This document shows, one piece after another, positions 1 to 9,368 of a DNA stretch of 32,000 nucleotides. Source of the DNA: Rhodobacter capsulatus SB 1003 (GTDB taxonomy: Bacteria > Pseudomonadota > Alphaproteobacteria > Rhodobacterales > Rhodobacteraceae); contig NC_014034.1 in assembly GCF_000021865.1 (NCBI RefSeq), forward strand, positions 1,920,001 to 1,952,000. Direction: 5' to 3'. Under the pieces are notes generated by a model. That model was not told the DNA's origin and made no database searches. It saw only the letters and a list, made by a program, of their open reading frames with translations. Position 1 is the stretch's first letter, and each line of letters starts with the position of its first letter. Both the position numbers and the translations under genes were made by a program.

Positions 1-291
1 GGCGCGCTGATCCATCATTATCGTCAGGCTATCGCGCTGCGCCATGCCCATCCGGCCTTGGCAAAGGGGACGATGACCGGGATCTCGGCCGAGGCGGGCG
101 TGCTGCGGTTTCTGCGTTCGGAGGGCGAAACCGAGCTGCTTTGCCTGTTCAACCTGACCGATAATCCGGCAACTGTCAGCTGCCCGGGGAAATGGGAGGC
201 GCTGGAGGGCGCCTTGCCGACCGGGGGCACCGTGGCGCTGCATCCCTGGGGGCACGCGGTCCTGCGCCGCTGCGGAGGGCATCATGGCTGA
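1..291 (+). CDS. aglA: alpha-glucosidase (GH13 family), C-terminal fragment; the 5' end lies outside the window
   Basis: Frame 1 is open from base 1 (GALIHHYRQAIALRHAHPALAKGTMTG...) to the TGA at 289-291. The sequence is a GH13 alpha-glucosidase-type C-terminal domain. The stop overlaps the start of the MalK-like ATPase by 8 nt, as in agl (alpha-glucoside) operons. Confidence 0.75.
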   Translation, partial: GALIHHYRQAIALRHAHPALAKGTMTGISAEAGVLRFLRSEGETELLCLFNLTDNPATVSCPGKWEALEGALPTGGTVALHPWGHAVLRRCGGHHG

Positions 292-1369
292 TCTGAACCT
301 GACCGGCGTCGGCAAATCCTATGGCGAGGTGGATGTTCTGAAAGACATCGACCTCGACATCAGGGCGGGCGAGCTGATCGTTTTCGTTGGCCCCTCGGGC
401 TGCGGAAAATCGACGCTTTTGCGGATGATCGCGGGGCTGGAACGGATCACCTCGGGCGAATTGCGCATCGATGGGGTGCGGGTGAACGACATGCCCCCCG
501 CGCAACGCGGCATCGCGATGGTGTTTCAAAGCTACGCGCTTTATCCGCACATGACGGTGCGGCAGAACATGGAATTCGCCCTGAAGATTGCGAAGAAGTC
601 CCGGCAAGAGATTGACAAGGCTGTCGAAAATGCGGCCCGCATCTTGCAGCTGACGCCCTATCTCGACCGGCTGCCAAAGGCGCTCTCGGGCGGGCAGCGC
701 CAGCGCGTCGCCATCGGTCGGGCGATCGTGCGCGACCCCAAGGTCTATCTCTTCGACGAGCCGCTCTCGAACCTTGATGCCGCGCTGCGGGTGGCGACGC
801 GGATCGAAATTGCGCAGCTGAAAGAGGCGATGCCCGAGCGCACGATGATCTATGTCACCCATGATCAGGTCGAGGCGATGACGCTGGCCAGCCGCATTGT
901 CGTGCTGGCGAACAAGGGGATTGCCCAGGTCGGCACGCCCTTGCAGCTTTATGAGCACCCCGAAACCGAATTCGTCGCGCAATTCATCGGCTCGCCGCAG
1001 ATGAACCTGCTTCCGGGTGTGATCACGGAACCCGGAACGCGGACTGTGATCACGCTGGATGGGGGCGGCACGGCGGAATCGACCGTGCCGACGACCGAAG
1101 CCGATCGCGGCCTGCGGGTGAATATCGGCGTGCGGCCCGAGGATCTGACTGTGATCACGCAGGGCGGCCTGTTCACCGGCACGGTCGAGATCGTCGAGGC
1201 GCTTGGCGAGGTGACGCTGCTTTATTTCGCGGCGCAGCCGGGGGCGGCGCATGTGATCGCGAAACTGCCCGGCATTCATGCCGGTCTGCGCCATCAGACG
1301 GTCCGCCTGACCGCGGCACCGGAAAAGGTGCATCTGTTCCACGCCGGTCGGTCGCTTCTTTATCGCTGA
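284..1369 (+). CDS. aglK: sugar (alpha-glucoside) ABC transporter ATP-binding protein, MalK/AglK type
   Basis: 361 aa. Walker A GPSGCGKST, ABC signature LSGGQRQRV and Walker B VYLFDEPLS are present. It has a MalK-type C-terminal regulatory domain and lies directly after an alpha-glucosidase gene. Confidence 0.9.
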   Translation: MADLNLTGVGKSYGEVDVLKDIDLDIRAGELIVFVGPSGCGKSTLLRMIAGLERITSGELRIDGVRVNDMPPAQRGIAMVFQSYALYPHMTVRQNMEFALKIAKKSRQEIDKAVENAARILQLTPYLDRLPKALSGGQRQRVAIGRAIVRDPKVYLFDEPLSNLDAALRVATRIEIAQLKEAMPERTMIYVTHDQVEAMTLASRIVVLANKGIAQVGTPLQLYEHPETEFVAQFIGSPQMNLLPGVITEPGTRTVITLDGGGTAESTVPTTEADRGLRVNIGVRPEDLTVITQGGLFTGTVEIVEALGEVTLLYFAAQPGAAHVIAKLPGIHAGLRHQTVRLTAAPEKVHLFHAGRSLLYR

Positions 1370-1439
1370 TGTCGCAAACCGCGCATGGCGGCGGAGCGTC
1401 GTCGGGTAAAACGGGGTCAGACCCAAGCGGAGGTGCGCG

Positions 1440-2996
1440 ATGAGCGAAGAGATCGAACAGGCGGCAGGCGGGCGGCGGGCGCGTGGCGGCGGCGGGGCGG
1501 CCCGGCGGGCCGAGCGCACCGCGGTGCGGGTCGAATTCGCGAAATATATCGAGCGCAACATTCCGAACCTCGAGATCCTGAACGAGGAAGCGCTGCAGCT
1601 GATCGAAGCCAATGCCGAGACGGTGCTGGAACAGATCGGCGTGAATTTCGTCGAAAACCCGGCGGCGCTGGAACGCTGGCGTGCGGTGGGGGCCGATGTG
1701 CAGGGCGAGCGGGTCCGCTTCCCCAGGGGCCTTGCGCGCGAGCTGTGCAAGACCGCGCCCGCAAGCTTCGTGCAGCATGCCCGCAACCCTGATCGCAATG
1801 TCACCATCGGCGGGAAAAACCTTGTTCTTGCGCCGGTTTACGGGCCGCCCTTCGTGCGCGATCTGGAAGGCGGGCGGCGCTATGCGACGATTGCCGACTT
1901 CCGCAATTTCGTGAAGCTGGGGCAGATGTCGAAATATCTGCACCATTCGGGCGGCACCGTCTGCGAGCCGACCGACGTGGCGGTGAACAAGCGTCACCTC
2001 GACATGCTGCACGCGCATATGACGCTGTCGGACAAGCCCTTCATGGGCTCGGTCACCGAACGCTCGCGCTGCGTCGATTCGATCGAGATGTCAAAGATCC
2101 TGTTCGGCGAGAAATTCGTCGACGAGAACACGGTGATGACCTCGCTCGTCAACATCAACTCGCCGCTGACCTTTGACCCGATCATGATGGATGCGCTGGA
2201 GGTTTACGCCGCCGCGAACCAGGCCTGCATCGTCTCGCCCTTCATCGTCGGCGGGGCGATGGCGCCGGTGACGGTGGCGGGCACGCTGACGCAGGTTCTG
2301 GCCGAGGTGATGGTGGCCGTCGCCTACAGCCAGATCATCCGCAAGGGCGCGCCGGTGATTTTCGGCGCCTTCGTGACCTCGATCGACATGAATTCGGGGG
2401 CGCCGACCTTTGGCACGCCGGAAGCGGCGCAGATCACCCTTGGCGCCGGGCAGCTGGCGCGGCGGATGGGCCTGCCGTTCCGCTCGGCGGGCTCGTTCTG
2501 CGGCTCGAAACTGCCCGATGCGCAGGCGGCCTATGAAACCGCGAACACGCTCAACATCGGCCTGCTTTCGGGCGTGAACTTCATGCTGCATGCCTGCGGC
2601 TGGCTGGAAGGCGGTCTGGTCTCGTCCTACGAGAAATACGTGATGGATGCCGATCAGCTGGGCGTGCTGCACCGTTTGGCGGCGGGCATCGACATGAGCG
2701 CGAACGGCCAGGCGATGGAGGCGCTGCGCGAGGTTGGCCCGGGCGGTCACTTCCTTGGTTGCTCTCACACCCAGGCGAATTTCAAGGACGCGTTCTGGAA
2801 GACGGATCTGTTCGACTACAAGCCCTTCGAAACCTGGGACGAGGAAGGCGCGCGCGACACCGCGACGCTTGCCAGCGTGCGGGTGAAGAAGATGCTGGGC
2901 GAGTATCAGGCCCCGGCGATCGATCCCGGGATCAACGAGGCGCTCTCCGAATATGTCGCCCGCAAAAAGGCCGCCGTGCCGGACGCCTTCCTGTAA
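1440..2996 (+). CDS. MttB-superfamily (trimethylamine methyltransferase-like) protein, non-pyrrolysine type
   Basis: 518 aa uninterrupted ORF with no in-frame TAG. It has the Arg/Gly-rich N-terminus (GGRRARGGGGAARRAERT) and overall sequence typical of proteobacterial MttB homologues. GGAGG lies 6 nt upstream of the ATG. Confidence 0.88.
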   Translation: MSEEIEQAAGGRRARGGGGAARRAERTAVRVEFAKYIERNIPNLEILNEEALQLIEANAETVLEQIGVNFVENPAALERWRAVGADVQGERVRFPRGLARELCKTAPASFVQHARNPDRNVTIGGKNLVLAPVYGPPFVRDLEGGRRYATIADFRNFVKLGQMSKYLHHSGGTVCEPTDVAVNKRHLDMLHAHMTLSDKPFMGSVTERSRCVDSIEMSKILFGEKFVDENTVMTSLVNINSPLTFDPIMMDALEVYAAANQACIVSPFIVGGAMAPVTVAGTLTQVLAEVMVAVAYSQIIRKGAPVIFGAFVTSIDMNSGAPTFGTPEAAQITLGAGQLARRMGLPFRSAGSFCGSKLPDAQAAYETANTLNIGLLSGVNFMLHACGWLEGGLVSSYEKYVMDADQLGVLHRLAAGIDMSANGQAMEALREVGPGGHFLGCSHTQANFKDAFWKTDLFDYKPFETWDEEGARDTATLASVRVKKMLGEYQAPAIDPGINEALSEYVARKKAAVPDAFL

Positions 2997-3034
2997 GAGC
3001 CGGGCGGGTCAGACCGCCTGCCAGAGTGCCATTC

Positions 3035-3063
3035 CCCCCGGGCGCCGCGCGTCCGGGGGTTTT
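3035..3063 (+). terminator. rho-independent terminator downstream of the MttB-like gene
   Basis: CCCCCGG(gcgccgcgcgt)CCGGGGG stem followed by TTTT. It lies 39 nt after the stop. Confidence 0.55.
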
Positions 3064-3202
3064 CCTTGCGTCAAAGGCGGTGGACGATCCCTGCGGGGCT
3101 CTTTATGATCCCGCCCGAAAGGCGATTGCCCTTGTCGACATTCAGCATCGCCCCGGGACGGATGTCGGATTTCCGGGGCATTGAAAGCGGAAAACACCTT
3201 CG

Positions 3203-4243
3203 ATGATGCCAAGCTCTCCCCCGGGCACCGTTGATGAAATGCCTGTGAAACAAGGCCTTGCGGGGGTTTCCTCACATGCGCGCCTGTCCGTTGCGCCGAT
3301 GCTCGACTGGACAGATCGGCATTGCCGGGTCTTTCACCGGATGATGTCGCGTCAGGCGCTGCTTTACACCGAAATGGTCACCGCCCCGGCGGTGATCCAT
3401 GGCAAGCGGGCGCAGCTGCTGGATTTCAGCCCGGTCGAGCATCCGGTGGCGCTGCAACTGGGCGGATCGGACCCGGCCGAGCTGGCCGAAGCCACGCGGA
3501 TCGCCCGCGACTGGGGCTATGACGAGATCAACCTGAATGTCGGCTGCCCCTCGGACCGGGTGCAATCGGGGGCTTTCGGCGCGGTGCTGATGAAAACGCC
3601 CGATCTGGTTGCCCGCTGTGTCGCGGCGATGCAGGCGGCGGCCGCGGTCGAGGTGACGGTGAAATGCCGGATCGGCGTCGATGATCAGTCGCCCGAGGAG
3701 GTGCTGCCCGCCTTTCTGAAAACCGTCTCCGAGGCCGGGGTCACCCGGTTCATCCTGCATGCCCGCAAGGCCTGGCTGCAGGGGCTTTCGCCCAAGGAAA
3801 ACCGCGAGATCCCGCCGCTCGATTATCCGCTGGTCCATGCGATGAAGCGGGAATTTCCGCATCTGCATCTGAGCCTGAACGGCGGGGTTGCGACGCTCGA
3901 TCAGGTCGAGACGCATCTGGCCGCGGGGATGGACGGGGTGATGGTCGGCCGTGCCGCCTATCAGGAGCCGATGCAGGTTCTGGCCGGCGCCGATGTCGCG
4001 CTTTGGGGGCGGGGCGAGGTGCTTTCGGCGGTCGAGGTGGCCGAGGCGATGAAGCCCTATATCGCCGATCATCTGGCGGCGGGCGGGCGGCTGCACCAGA
4101 TCACCCGGCACATGCTGGGCCTGTTTCACGGCCGTCCCGGGGCGCGCGGCTGGCGGCGGGTGCTGTCCGAGGGGGCGACCCGGCCCGGGGCGGGGCTGGC
4201 CCTTTACGATCAGGCGCTGGCCGAAGTGACACGAGAGGCGTGA
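3203..4243 (+). CDS. dusA: tRNA-dihydrouridine(20/20a) synthase DusA
   Basis: SVAPMLDWTDRHCRVF N-terminal signature and the INLNVGCPS catalytic-Cys motif. The start is ambiguous (ATG 3203/3206 or ATG 3239, MPVKQ...). Confidence 0.92.
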   Translation: MMPSSPPGTVDEMPVKQGLAGVSSHARLSVAPMLDWTDRHCRVFHRMMSRQALLYTEMVTAPAVIHGKRAQLLDFSPVEHPVALQLGGSDPAELAEATRIARDWGYDEINLNVGCPSDRVQSGAFGAVLMKTPDLVARCVAAMQAAAAVEVTVKCRIGVDDQSPEEVLPAFLKTVSEAGVTRFILHARKAWLQGLSPKENREIPPLDYPLVHAMKREFPHLHLSLNGGVATLDQVETHLAAGMDGVMVGRAAYQEPMQVLAGADVALWGRGEVLSAVEVAEAMKPYIADHLAAGGRLHQITRHMLGLFHGRPGARGWRRVLSEGATRPGAGLALYDQALAEVTREA

Positions 4244-4244
4244 G

Positions 4245-5060
4245 ATGGACCACCTGACCACGATCCTGCCGCTGATCGCGATCCTTCTGGCCGTCGGCGC
4301 GGTCGCGGGGGTGCTGGCGGGGCTGCTGGGGGTGGGCGGCGGCATCGTTCTGGTCCCGGCCTTCTTCTATCTTTTCAACGGGTTGGGCTATGGGTCCGAG
4401 GGGCTGATGCAGGTCTGCGTCGCCACTTCTATGGCGACGATCATCATCACCTCGACCCGTTCGGTCACCGCCCATGCCCGCAAGGGCGCGGTCGACTGGC
4501 AGCTTTTGCGCGACTGGGCGCCCGCTGTGGCGGGCGGGGCGCTGCTTGGGGTGTTTCTGGTCACGCGGCTCGACACCCATGCGCTGACGATCATCTTCGG
4601 CACTTTGGTGATGGCGATCGCGCTTTACATGGCCTTTGGCAAGCAAAGCTGGCGGATCGCCGAGGGGATGCCGGGGCGGGGCTTCCGGCTCTGGTTCGGG
4701 CCGCTGATGGGGGCGGTTTCGGTGCTGCTCGGCATCGGGGGCGGGTCGATCTCGACGCCGATGCAGACGCTGCACGGCATCCCGATCCACCGCGCCGTGG
4801 CGACCTCGGCGGGTTTCGGCGCGATCATGGCGGTGCCCTCGACCGCGGCCTTTCTGCTGACCCCGGTCGAAAACGCGCCGCCCTATACTTTGGGGGCGAT
4901 CAACATTCCGGCCCTTGTCGTGATCGGCGCCACCACCGTCGTCACCGCCGCCTGGGGCGCGGCGCTGGCGCATCGGCTGGATCCGAAACCGCTCAAGCGC
5001 CTCTTCGCAGGGTTTCTGATGCTGGTCGCGCTGAACATGCTGCGCAAGGCGCTGTTCTGA
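4245..5060 (+). CDS. TauE/SafE family (DUF81) anion-exporter-like membrane protein
   Basis: 271 aa polytopic membrane protein with the duplicated Gly-rich motifs GVGGGIVLVP and GIGGGSISTP. The start is 1 nt after the dusA stop. Confidence 0.85.
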   Translation: MDHLTTILPLIAILLAVGAVAGVLAGLLGVGGGIVLVPAFFYLFNGLGYGSEGLMQVCVATSMATIIITSTRSVTAHARKGAVDWQLLRDWAPAVAGGALLGVFLVTRLDTHALTIIFGTLVMAIALYMAFGKQSWRIAEGMPGRGFRLWFGPLMGAVSVLLGIGGGSISTPMQTLHGIPIHRAVATSAGFGAIMAVPSTAAFLLTPVENAPPYTLGAINIPALVVIGATTVVTAAWGAALAHRLDPKPLKRLFAGFLMLVALNMLRKALF

Positions 5061-5105
5061 TTTTATCTTGCGGCAAATATCCCGGGGTGCGGGGCAGAGC
5101 CCGCC
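5061..5105. repeat. intergenic repeat, subtype 2, single half-site plus imperfect GC hairpin (copy A)
   Basis: TTTTATCTTGCGGCAAATATCCCGGGGTGCGGGGCAGAGCCCGCC. By hand alignment it matches 30964-31012 at about 38 of 45 positions with a few 1-nt indels. It fills the whole gap between the convergent TauE gene and mazG. Confidence 0.6.
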
Positions 5106-5935
5106 TACAGCCCCTTGCGCTTGGCCGCATCCCAAAGCGCGTCCATCTCGGCCAGATCGCTGTCGGCGGGCCGCTTGCCGGCCTTCGCCAGTTCCGCCTC
5201 GATGAAGGCAAACCGCCGGGTGAACTTGCCATTCGCCGCGCGCAGACAGGCCTCGGCATCCAGCCCCAGATGCCGCCCCAGGTTCACCATCACGAACATC
5301 AGATCGCCATATTCCTCGGCGATCTCTTCGGCCCCCAGCTTATCACGGGCTTCGACCAGCTCGTTCGCCTCTTCAACGATCTTCGCCACCACCTCGGCGG
5401 TCGAGGGCCAGTCGAACCCCACCCGGGCCGCGCGCTTTTGCAGCTTCAGCGCCCGCGTCAGTGCCGGAAGCCCCAGCGCGACGCCATCGAGCACCCCGGT
5501 CTCGGCCTTGGCCGCGCGCTCGGCGGATTTGATTTTCTCCCAGTCTTCCGTCTGTTGCGCGGCGCTCTTCACACGGCTTTCGTCCCCGAACACATGCGGA
5601 TGCCGGGCGATCATCTTCGCATTGATCCCGCGCAGCACATCGAGCAGCGAAAAATGCCCGGCCTCGGCCGCCATCTGCGCATGAAAGACGACCTGAAGCG
5701 CCAGATCGCCCAATTCGCCCGACAATTCGCCCCAGGCCTGCCGCGCGATCGCATCGGCGACCTCATGCGCCTCCTCGATCGTATAGGGGGCGATGGTGGC
5801 GAAATCCTGCTCGATATCCCAGGGGCAGCCGGTCTCGGGATCGCGCAGACAGGCCATGATCGCCGCCAGCCGCTCGGTTTCCGCCCCCACGCTGTCGGTT
5901 TGCACGAAGATCCCCGGATCGGTCGGTTTCGCCAT
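5105..5935 (-). CDS. mazG: nucleoside triphosphate pyrophosphohydrolase MazG
   Basis: 276 aa tandem MazG domains: CPWDIEQDFATIAPYTIEEAHEVADAI and EEYGDLMFVMVNLGRHLG. Confidence 0.92.
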   Translation of the reverse strand: MAKPTDPGIFVQTDSVGAETERLAAIMACLRDPETGCPWDIEQDFATIAPYTIEEAHEVADAIARQAWGELSGELGDLALQVVFHAQMAAEAGHFSLLDVLRGINAKMIARHPHVFGDESRVKSAAQQTEDWEKIKSAERAAKAETGVLDGVALGLPALTRALKLQKRAARVGFDWPSTAEVVAKIVEEANELVEARDKLGAEEIAEEYGDLMFVMVNLGRHLGLDAEACLRAANGKFTRRFAFIEAELAKAGKRPADSDLAEMDALWDAAKRKGL

Positions 5936-5997
5936 TGCCTCTTGCCCCCTGCAGGTCCATCTAATCCAGTATCGCTTTCCAAAACCCAGAGTCCACC

Positions 5998-7161
5998 ATG
6001 CCCGTGATCAACCGCATTGCCGCCCTTGCCCCCGAGATGAAGGAATGGCGGCAGTGGCTGCACCGTCACCCCGAACTGGAATTCCAGCTGCCGAAGACCG
6101 CCGCCTATGTGGCCGAACGGCTGCGCGAGATCGGCGTGGACGAGATCCACGAGGGCATCGCCACCTCGGGGATCGTGGCGCTGATCAAGGGCCGTCAGGA
6201 CGGGCCGGTGATCGGGCTGCGCGCCGATATGGATGCGCTGCCGATCGACGAGATCACCGGGGTCGATTATGCCTCGGAACACGACGGCAAGATGCATGCC
6301 TGCGGCCATGACGGCCATACGGCGATGCTGCTGGGCGCCGCCAAATATCTGGCCGAGACGCGGAATTTCGCGGGCACCGTGGCGCTTCTGTTCCAGCCCG
6401 CCGAGGAAGACGGCGGCGGCGGCGAGGTGATGGTGCGCGAAGGCGTGATGGAGCGTTTCGCCATCACCGAGGTTTACGGCATCCACAATGCGCCCAATCT
6501 GCCCTTTGGCCATTTCCACACCACCCAGGGCGCGCTGATGGCCGCGGTTGATACCGCCTGGGTCACGGTGACGGGGCGCGGCGGGCATGGGGCGACGCCG
6601 CATGAATGCATCGACCCGATCCCGGCGATCACCGCGATGGTCGGATCGCTGCAGACGATCGTCTCGCGCAATCTTTTCGCGATGGATGAGCTGGTCGTCT
6701 CGGTGACGCAGATCCATGTCGGCACGGCGAACAACATCATCCCCGAAACCGGCTGGTTCTGCGCCACGATCCGGTCCTTCACCCCCGAAGTGCGCGCGAT
6801 GGTCGAGCGCCGCTTCCACGAGATCGTCGAAGGCACGGCCGCCGCCTTTGGCGTCTCGGTCGAGATCCGCTATGACAAGGGCTATCCGCCCACCATCAAC
6901 GATGGCGACAAGGCGCGTTTTGCCGCCGAAGTGGCGCGCGAGGTCTCCGGCCCCGAAGCGGTGAAGGATGATGCCGGGCGCGAAATGGGCGCCGAGGACT
7001 TTTCCTACATGCTCGAGGCGCGGCCGGGCGCTTACCTGTTCCTCGGCACCGGGCCGGGGGCGGGGCTGCACCATCCCGCCTTCGATTTCAACGACGAGGC
7101 CGCCCCGATCGGCGCCAGCTTCTTTGCCCGGCTGGTCGAGCGCGCGCTTCCGGCCCGCTGA
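5998..7161 (+). CDS. M20/M25/M40 family amidohydrolase (hippurate hydrolase / N-acyl-amino-acid amidohydrolase-like)
   Basis: 387 aa with the HACGHDGHTAMLLGAA and FQPAEEDGGGG metal-site motifs. It is divergent from mazG. Confidence 0.88.
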   Translation: MPVINRIAALAPEMKEWRQWLHRHPELEFQLPKTAAYVAERLREIGVDEIHEGIATSGIVALIKGRQDGPVIGLRADMDALPIDEITGVDYASEHDGKMHACGHDGHTAMLLGAAKYLAETRNFAGTVALLFQPAEEDGGGGEVMVREGVMERFAITEVYGIHNAPNLPFGHFHTTQGALMAAVDTAWVTVTGRGGHGATPHECIDPIPAITAMVGSLQTIVSRNLFAMDELVVSVTQIHVGTANNIIPETGWFCATIRSFTPEVRAMVERRFHEIVEGTAAAFGVSVEIRYDKGYPPTINDGDKARFAAEVAREVSGPEAVKDDAGREMGAEDFSYMLEARPGAYLFLGTGPGAGLHHPAFDFNDEAAPIGASFFARLVERALPAR

Positions 7162-7188
7162 GGCGGGGGGACTTCGGCGCAGCCGAAG

Positions 7189-7209
7189 AGGGGGCGGCGC
7201 CCCCTTTTT
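7189..7209 (+). terminator. rho-independent terminator after the amidohydrolase gene
   Basis: AGGGGGCG/CGCCCCCT stem followed by TTTTT. It is preceded by a second perfect hairpin, CTTCGGC-gca-GCCGAAG (7172-7188). Confidence 0.6.
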
Positions 7210-7262
7210 CCTGACACAACCGTGATCGCGGCCCCGGCCTGCCGCTCGCGCCTTGCCATTGC

Positions 7263-7291
7263 GGGGGGGCGCGGCTAGGGTGCCCGCCGAA
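7263..7291 (+). promoter_or_regulatory. possible sigma-70-type promoter for yajC-secDF
   Basis: TTGCCA, a 17-nt spacer, then TAGGGT, about 45 nt upstream of the yajC ATG. This is a motif match by eye only. Confidence 0.25.
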
Positions 7292-7333
7292 AACCGGGGC
7301 AACGCCCCACGGCCCTAACGAAAGGACCATGCC

Positions 7334-7669
7334 ATGTTCGTCTCTCCCGCCTATGCTCAGGATGCCTCTGCCGCCGCCGGTGGCATGGCCGCCTTTGGCC
7401 AATTCGTGCCGCTGATCCTGATCTTCGTGATCATGTATTTCCTGCTGATCCGCCCGCAGCAAAAAAAGGCCAAGGAACACAAGGCGATGGTCGATGCGCT
7501 GCGGCGTGGTGACATGGGTCTGACGCAGGCGGGCATCATCGGCAAGGTCGTGCATCTGCGCGAGGACGGCGAAATCGAGGTCGAGATCGCCAAGGACATG
7601 AAGGTGCGGATGATCCGCAGCGCCGTCGTGCAGGTTCTGTCGAAGACCGAACCGGCCGCCAATAGCTGA
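7334..7669 (+). CDS. yajC: preprotein translocase subunit YajC
   Basis: 111 aa with a single TM segment (FVPLILIFVIMYFLLI) followed by RPQQKKAKEHKAM. It lies upstream of secDF. Confidence 0.92.
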   Translation: MFVSPAYAQDASAAAGGMAAFGQFVPLILIFVIMYFLLIRPQQKKAKEHKAMVDALRRGDMGLTQAGIIGKVVHLREDGEIEVEIAKDMKVRMIRSAVVQVLSKTEPAANS

Positions 7670-7691
7670 CCTGAACCGGGGCCGCGCCGCC

Positions 7692-9356
7692 ATGCTGCAG
7701 ATTTCGCTTTGGAAGCGTCTTGTCATTCTGGGTCTGTGCCTTGCGGCGCTGATCACGGCGGCGCCCAACATGTTCTATGCCCGCGTCGAGGGGCATAACG
7801 ACGCCGTTTCCGCCTTCGAGAAGACCGGGGCGATGACCGAGACCCAGGAGGCCGCCAAGGCCGCCTGGCCCGACTGGGCGCCCTCGGCGCTGGTCAATCT
7901 GGGGCTTGATCTGCGCGGCGGCGCGCATCTTCTGGCCGAGGTGCATCTGGGCGAGGTCTACAAGGCCCGGATGGATGCGCTCTGGCCCGAGGTGCGCAAG
8001 GTTCTGGCCGCCGAGCGGGCCACGATCGGCGCGATTCGGCGCGTGCCCTCGCCCGAAGGCGAGTTGCGCATCCAGATCGGCGAGCGCGCGCAGATCGCCC
8101 GCGCCGTCGAAGTGGCCCGGACGCTGGCCAGCCCGGTGGTCAGCCTGACCGGCGTCGGTCAGACCGACTACGAGGTGACGGGCGAGGGCGACACCGTCGT
8201 CTTCCGGCTGTCGGAGGCCGAAAAGAAAGCCACCGACGATCGCACCATGCAGCAATCGCTGGAAATCGTGCGTCGGCGCGTCGATGCGGCGGGCACGCGC
8301 GAACCCACGATCATGCGCGAAGGCACCGACCGCATCCTGATCGAAGTGCCCGGCATCGGCTCGGCGCAGGAGCTGAAGGATCTGATCGGCACCACCGCCA
8401 AGCTGACCTTCCATCCGGTGCTCAGCACGACCTCGAACCCGAATGCGCCGGTCGCCTCGGGCAATGAACTTCTGCCCGATGCCGAACGGCAGGGGCTTTA
8501 TCACCTGCTGGACGAGGTTCCGGTGGTGACGGGCGACGATCTGACCGATGCGCGCCCGACCACCGACGACAACGGCGCCCCGGCGGTGTCGTTCCGCTTC
8601 AATGTCAGCGGCGCCCGGGCCTTTGGCGATTACACCGCCGGTCATATCGGAGAGCCCTTCGCCATCGTTCTGGACGGCAAGGTGATTTCGGCACCGACGA
8701 TCCAGGCGCATATCGCGGGCGGATCGGGGATCATCACCGGCCGTTTCAGCATCGAGGAAGCCACGGATCTGGCGCTGCTTTTGCGCGCGGGCGCCCTGCC
8801 TGCGGGGATGACCTTCCTTGAGGAACGCACGATCGGGCCGGAACTGGGCGCCGACAGCGTCAAGGCGGGGATGGTCGCCTCGGTGATCGGCTTCGTCGCG
8901 GTCGTGGCCTACATGATCGCCTCCTACGGGCTTTTCGGCTTCTTTTCCTCGGTGGCGCTGTTCATCAACATTGCCTTCATCTTCGCCGTGATGGGCGCGA
9001 TCGGCGGCACGATGACCCTGCCCGGGATCGCCGGGATCGTGCTGACCATCGGCACCTCGGTCGATGCCAACGTGCTGATCTACGAACGCATGCGCGAGGA
9101 AATCCGGTCGGGCAAATCGCCCGTGCGCGCGATCGAGCTGGGCTTTGACAAGGCGATGTCGGCGATCATCGACGCGAACGTGACCTCGTTCCTGTCCTCG
9201 GCGATCCTGTTCGTGCTGGGGGCCGGGCCGGTGCGCGGCTTTGCCGTGACCACGATGATCGGCATCGCCGCCTCGATCTTCACCGCGATCTGGGTGGTCC
9301 GGCTGATGATCGTCATCTGGTACGGCTGGCGTCGTCCCAAGACCATCGTCATCTGA
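7692..9356 (+). CDS. secD: protein translocase subunit SecD
   Basis: 554 aa with GLDLRGG, a large periplasmic domain and a C-terminal 5-TM block (GPELGADSVKAG...). Confidence 0.95.
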   Translation: MLQISLWKRLVILGLCLAALITAAPNMFYARVEGHNDAVSAFEKTGAMTETQEAAKAAWPDWAPSALVNLGLDLRGGAHLLAEVHLGEVYKARMDALWPEVRKVLAAERATIGAIRRVPSPEGELRIQIGERAQIARAVEVARTLASPVVSLTGVGQTDYEVTGEGDTVVFRLSEAEKKATDDRTMQQSLEIVRRRVDAAGTREPTIMREGTDRILIEVPGIGSAQELKDLIGTTAKLTFHPVLSTTSNPNAPVASGNELLPDAERQGLYHLLDEVPVVTGDDLTDARPTTDDNGAPAVSFRFNVSGARAFGDYTAGHIGEPFAIVLDGKVISAPTIQAHIAGGSGIITGRFSIEEATDLALLLRAGALPAGMTFLEERTIGPELGADSVKAGMVASVIGFVAVVAYMIASYGLFGFFSSVALFINIAFIFAVMGAIGGTMTLPGIAGIVLTIGTSVDANVLIYERMREEIRSGKSPVRAIELGFDKAMSAIIDANVTSFLSSAILFVLGAGPVRGFAVTTMIGIAASIFTAIWVVRLMIVIWYGWRRPKTIVI

Positions 9357-9368
9357 GGAGGAACCACC

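Noticed and set aside
2997-3238. The 5' end of dusA as a possible genomic-island integration site, since DusA-specific integrases target this gene in many Proteobacteria.
   Set aside because: There is no integrase, no duplicated dusA 5' fragment and no foreign-looking DNA. The 200-nt upstream gap holds only the terminator of the preceding gene and a short hairpin. The site appears unoccupied.
5105-5935. MazG as part of a mazEF-type or nucleotide-depletion defence system.
   Set aside because: It is a solitary tandem-domain housekeeping MazG with no mazE/mazF or other defence-associated neighbours.
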